This document shows, in pieces, positions 61,673 through 64,000 of a stretch of DNA of 64,000 bases (positions within the stretch are counted from its first letter, which is position 1; each line of letters opens with the position of its first letter). Made by a program: the position numbers and the translations under genes. The notes below the pieces were generated by a model that saw only the letters and a program-made list of their open reading frames with translations, did not search any database and was not told the DNA's origin. The stretch comes from Phoronis australis (taxonomy: Eukaryota; Animalia; Phoronida): assembly GCA_002633005.1 (NCBI GenBank), contig NMRA01000462.1, positions 296,735 to 360,734 on the forward strand, read 5' to 3'.

Positions 61673-64000
61673 TGACAAGTGATTTAAGCCATTTGTCACA
61701 ATAACAACGGTCTCAACCTGTTATTTACTCAGATGACAAGTGATTTAAGACATTTGTCACAATAACAACGGTCTCAACCTGTTATTTACTCAGATGACAA
61801 GTGATTCCTGGGTTTACAAAATCTGTCAGTTCGTAACTCTTTCAGACATGGTCGGCACTCAAACCCCCTTGACACGCCAACATGTATAGTCCATTCTCAA
61901 CCAATTAATCATGATCAACTTCACAAAGTAACAACTTGAAACCGAGTTCATAATTGAAAAAAATATTTCTTTTCAATGGAAGACGGGTTCATGGCTGGCT
62001 CAAGTGAGTGTGAAGAAAATGTTCACCGGTATAATACTATATAGAGTAAGACGGAAATGGTTTGAGAACAAAAACGAGAAATCGGCAATAAAGGCAGTCA
62101 TTACCTGAAAACGGCGATAAGTGGCGAGAACACAGAGTCGCCGTCGTAGACATACAGGTGATCCCAGCTACACTCAGTGGCAAACTGATCCAGCCACAAG
62201 TGTATGGTGGTGTTAAGATCCCCACCGTACACCAGCCATGTACACTTGGTATCCACAGTATAATTACCTGGACCTTCGCTGACGATGCCGTTCGTAGAAT
62301 TCACCCTACAACAGCATACAAGCAATCTTGGTTCCTATCAACGATTTCTATGCATTCATATGAATGGTATATGATATAAGGACTGACAAGAAGTCAGTTC
62401 ATATATTTTTTGTGCAATATGGGCTAATTTGTTATCACTGAGCAATGACAAATGACCAAAAATGAATCGATGAATGATGATATGAATGATGAACACGTTG
62501 ATCAGACTAATCTCAGACTTATGATCATTTATTATCAGCCCAATATGAATATCTATCAATCAAAATGGATAAGCATTCTGTGAGCCACATTTAACAACTC
62601 GCGCAGTCCAATCATACAAATACATACAGTCAGCATCTCTAAACCTTATTTATAGAAGAGTTCATTAACCATCAGTTCAGTTTCCCCATAACAGGAAAAT
62701 AGAGGATGCCCATATATTTAGTTGAAGCTTACATAAGCGTCAGCCACACACAGACCTGCCCTAGAATAAGTTATTCATAGAACGAGTTGTCGCTAGGTTT
62801 GAGGTTGTCTGGAGGCTATTTAAACTATTTGCAATTTGCGTCACTTGAAACAACTTGCTACATCTTACCGAGGTAGGGTGACTTGTTCCAGGGTAACTTG
62901 TGCCACTTCTAATCGCTGTGGGCTGCAAACCTAGCGCAAGGCACAAATAATTTTCAGCTGCGTTTACAAACATATGAGTCTTCTTTTTCACACGAAATTC
63001 GCATCTGCTATTCATTGTCAAGCAAAGAGTGGAACTTTCGTTTTGCGCTAGTTATCGTATACATGTGTGTGTGTGTGGACGCTCTGCTTAAGGCGGGGCA
63101 AATTACAATGGTGCAAGTTGTTCTAGGGTAAGTCTGCATGTGGACAGGACTATTGAAGAAAACACCAGTGACTGATGAATTTAAAGCTTCTGTTGGTAAA
63201 ACGCCACTGAAGCTAAATGGCCAAACAAACCCCCACAGAAACAGTTTCTTCATCAAGCACAAGTTTATTTCTTGTAAACCTGTTGTAAAACAGCGTTCCA
63301 TCAAAGTAATTTTTGATTTAAACAATTTACAATTGGACGCAACTGGGTCTGCAAAGAATGGACAAATCATAGTTTCTTGGGATCATGCTCAGCGGGGAGA
63401 ATGCCTCGCTGTTACATGAAAAATGGGCCAAGTGATGACATGTCAAATATGTATTATTGATCAACATAAGCATGTCATTTCTTTTTTTACTCCTGACATT
63501 AAATAATTACACGACCCCATCAGGAACCCCATTAAAAAAAAATTTAGGTGACGCTCGTGGCACGAGACGTGCAAGCAGCACCCCACGATAATGGGTGCAG
63601 AACTTAATGGCAGAATTTCAAAATTAAGTCTATTTAGGACTATAAAGCATATATTTAAATACAGCAAAACAGATCACGACACTTAAACTTGCACAGAACA
63701 TCTGACTGAGTCACAATGTCCCGATAGCGTGGCATCTTCAAAGTCAATAGCGCAGTACCGCTGGGGGCCACTAAGACTTACTCAAAATAACATCCAAGAC
63801 TTATTTGACTACTAAAGACACAGGGTCAAGTGACGAGAAGTGCTTGGCTTTGCTTCAAGAAAATTTACCATATGGTGACGGGCAACTTCGGGATTTCAAA
63901 TCGCAGAGACAACAGAGTTTAAGCAGAGCGATGCAGATATGGACACTTGCAACTGCTTGGAACGTGTGACTGAGTTGCAGTGACCTTATAGCATGGCATC
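61673..64000. repeat. Near-identical duplicate of about 57827-60167 (probable haplotig)
   Basis: Colinear match with scattered SNPs and small indels, starting right after a single N. Confidence 0.9.
62105..62305 (-). CDS. ATRN: Second copy of attractin exon 2, inside a duplicated block (probable alternate haplotype)
   Basis: Protein-identical to 58248-58448, with 4 synonymous differences; lies beyond the N at 61672. Confidence 0.6.

Overview
AT-rich, intron-rich invertebrate animal genomic DNA (not prokaryotic; no rRNA, intact tRNA or CRISPR). Three genes can be reconstructed by hand from GT-AG splice sites and phase continuity. (1) The last four coding exons of MAK16 (+, 2456-5300). (2) An essentially complete attractin / ATRN-like gene (-, ATG 61326 to about 17153; 26 exons, about 1,220 aa: EGF-CUB-EGF-Kelch-PSI-laminin EGF-TM-MASRPF tail, with no C-type lectin domain). 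(3) A complete two-coding-exon secreted C-type lectin-domain gene nested antisense in attractin intron 20 (+, 25176-26828). The introns and the intergenic region hold many transposon relics: a LINE RT fragment, an ISL2EU/Harbinger-type deletion derivative, Helentron/HINE-like repeats with arrays of CTCF-like motifs, foldback MITEs, tRNA-derived SINE heads and minisatellites. Two single-N joins (34844, 61672) flank duplicated blocks that look like uncollapsed haplotypes. The most interesting signals are the nested atypical lectin gene, a mirror-image GAAGATGGCG (TISU/YY1-like) pair suggesting a head-to-head gene only 52 nt from the attractin ATG, the CTCF-motif-bearing repeat, and a duplicated splice acceptor that could give a TM-less attractin. 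All calls are from manual reading; no database searches were run.
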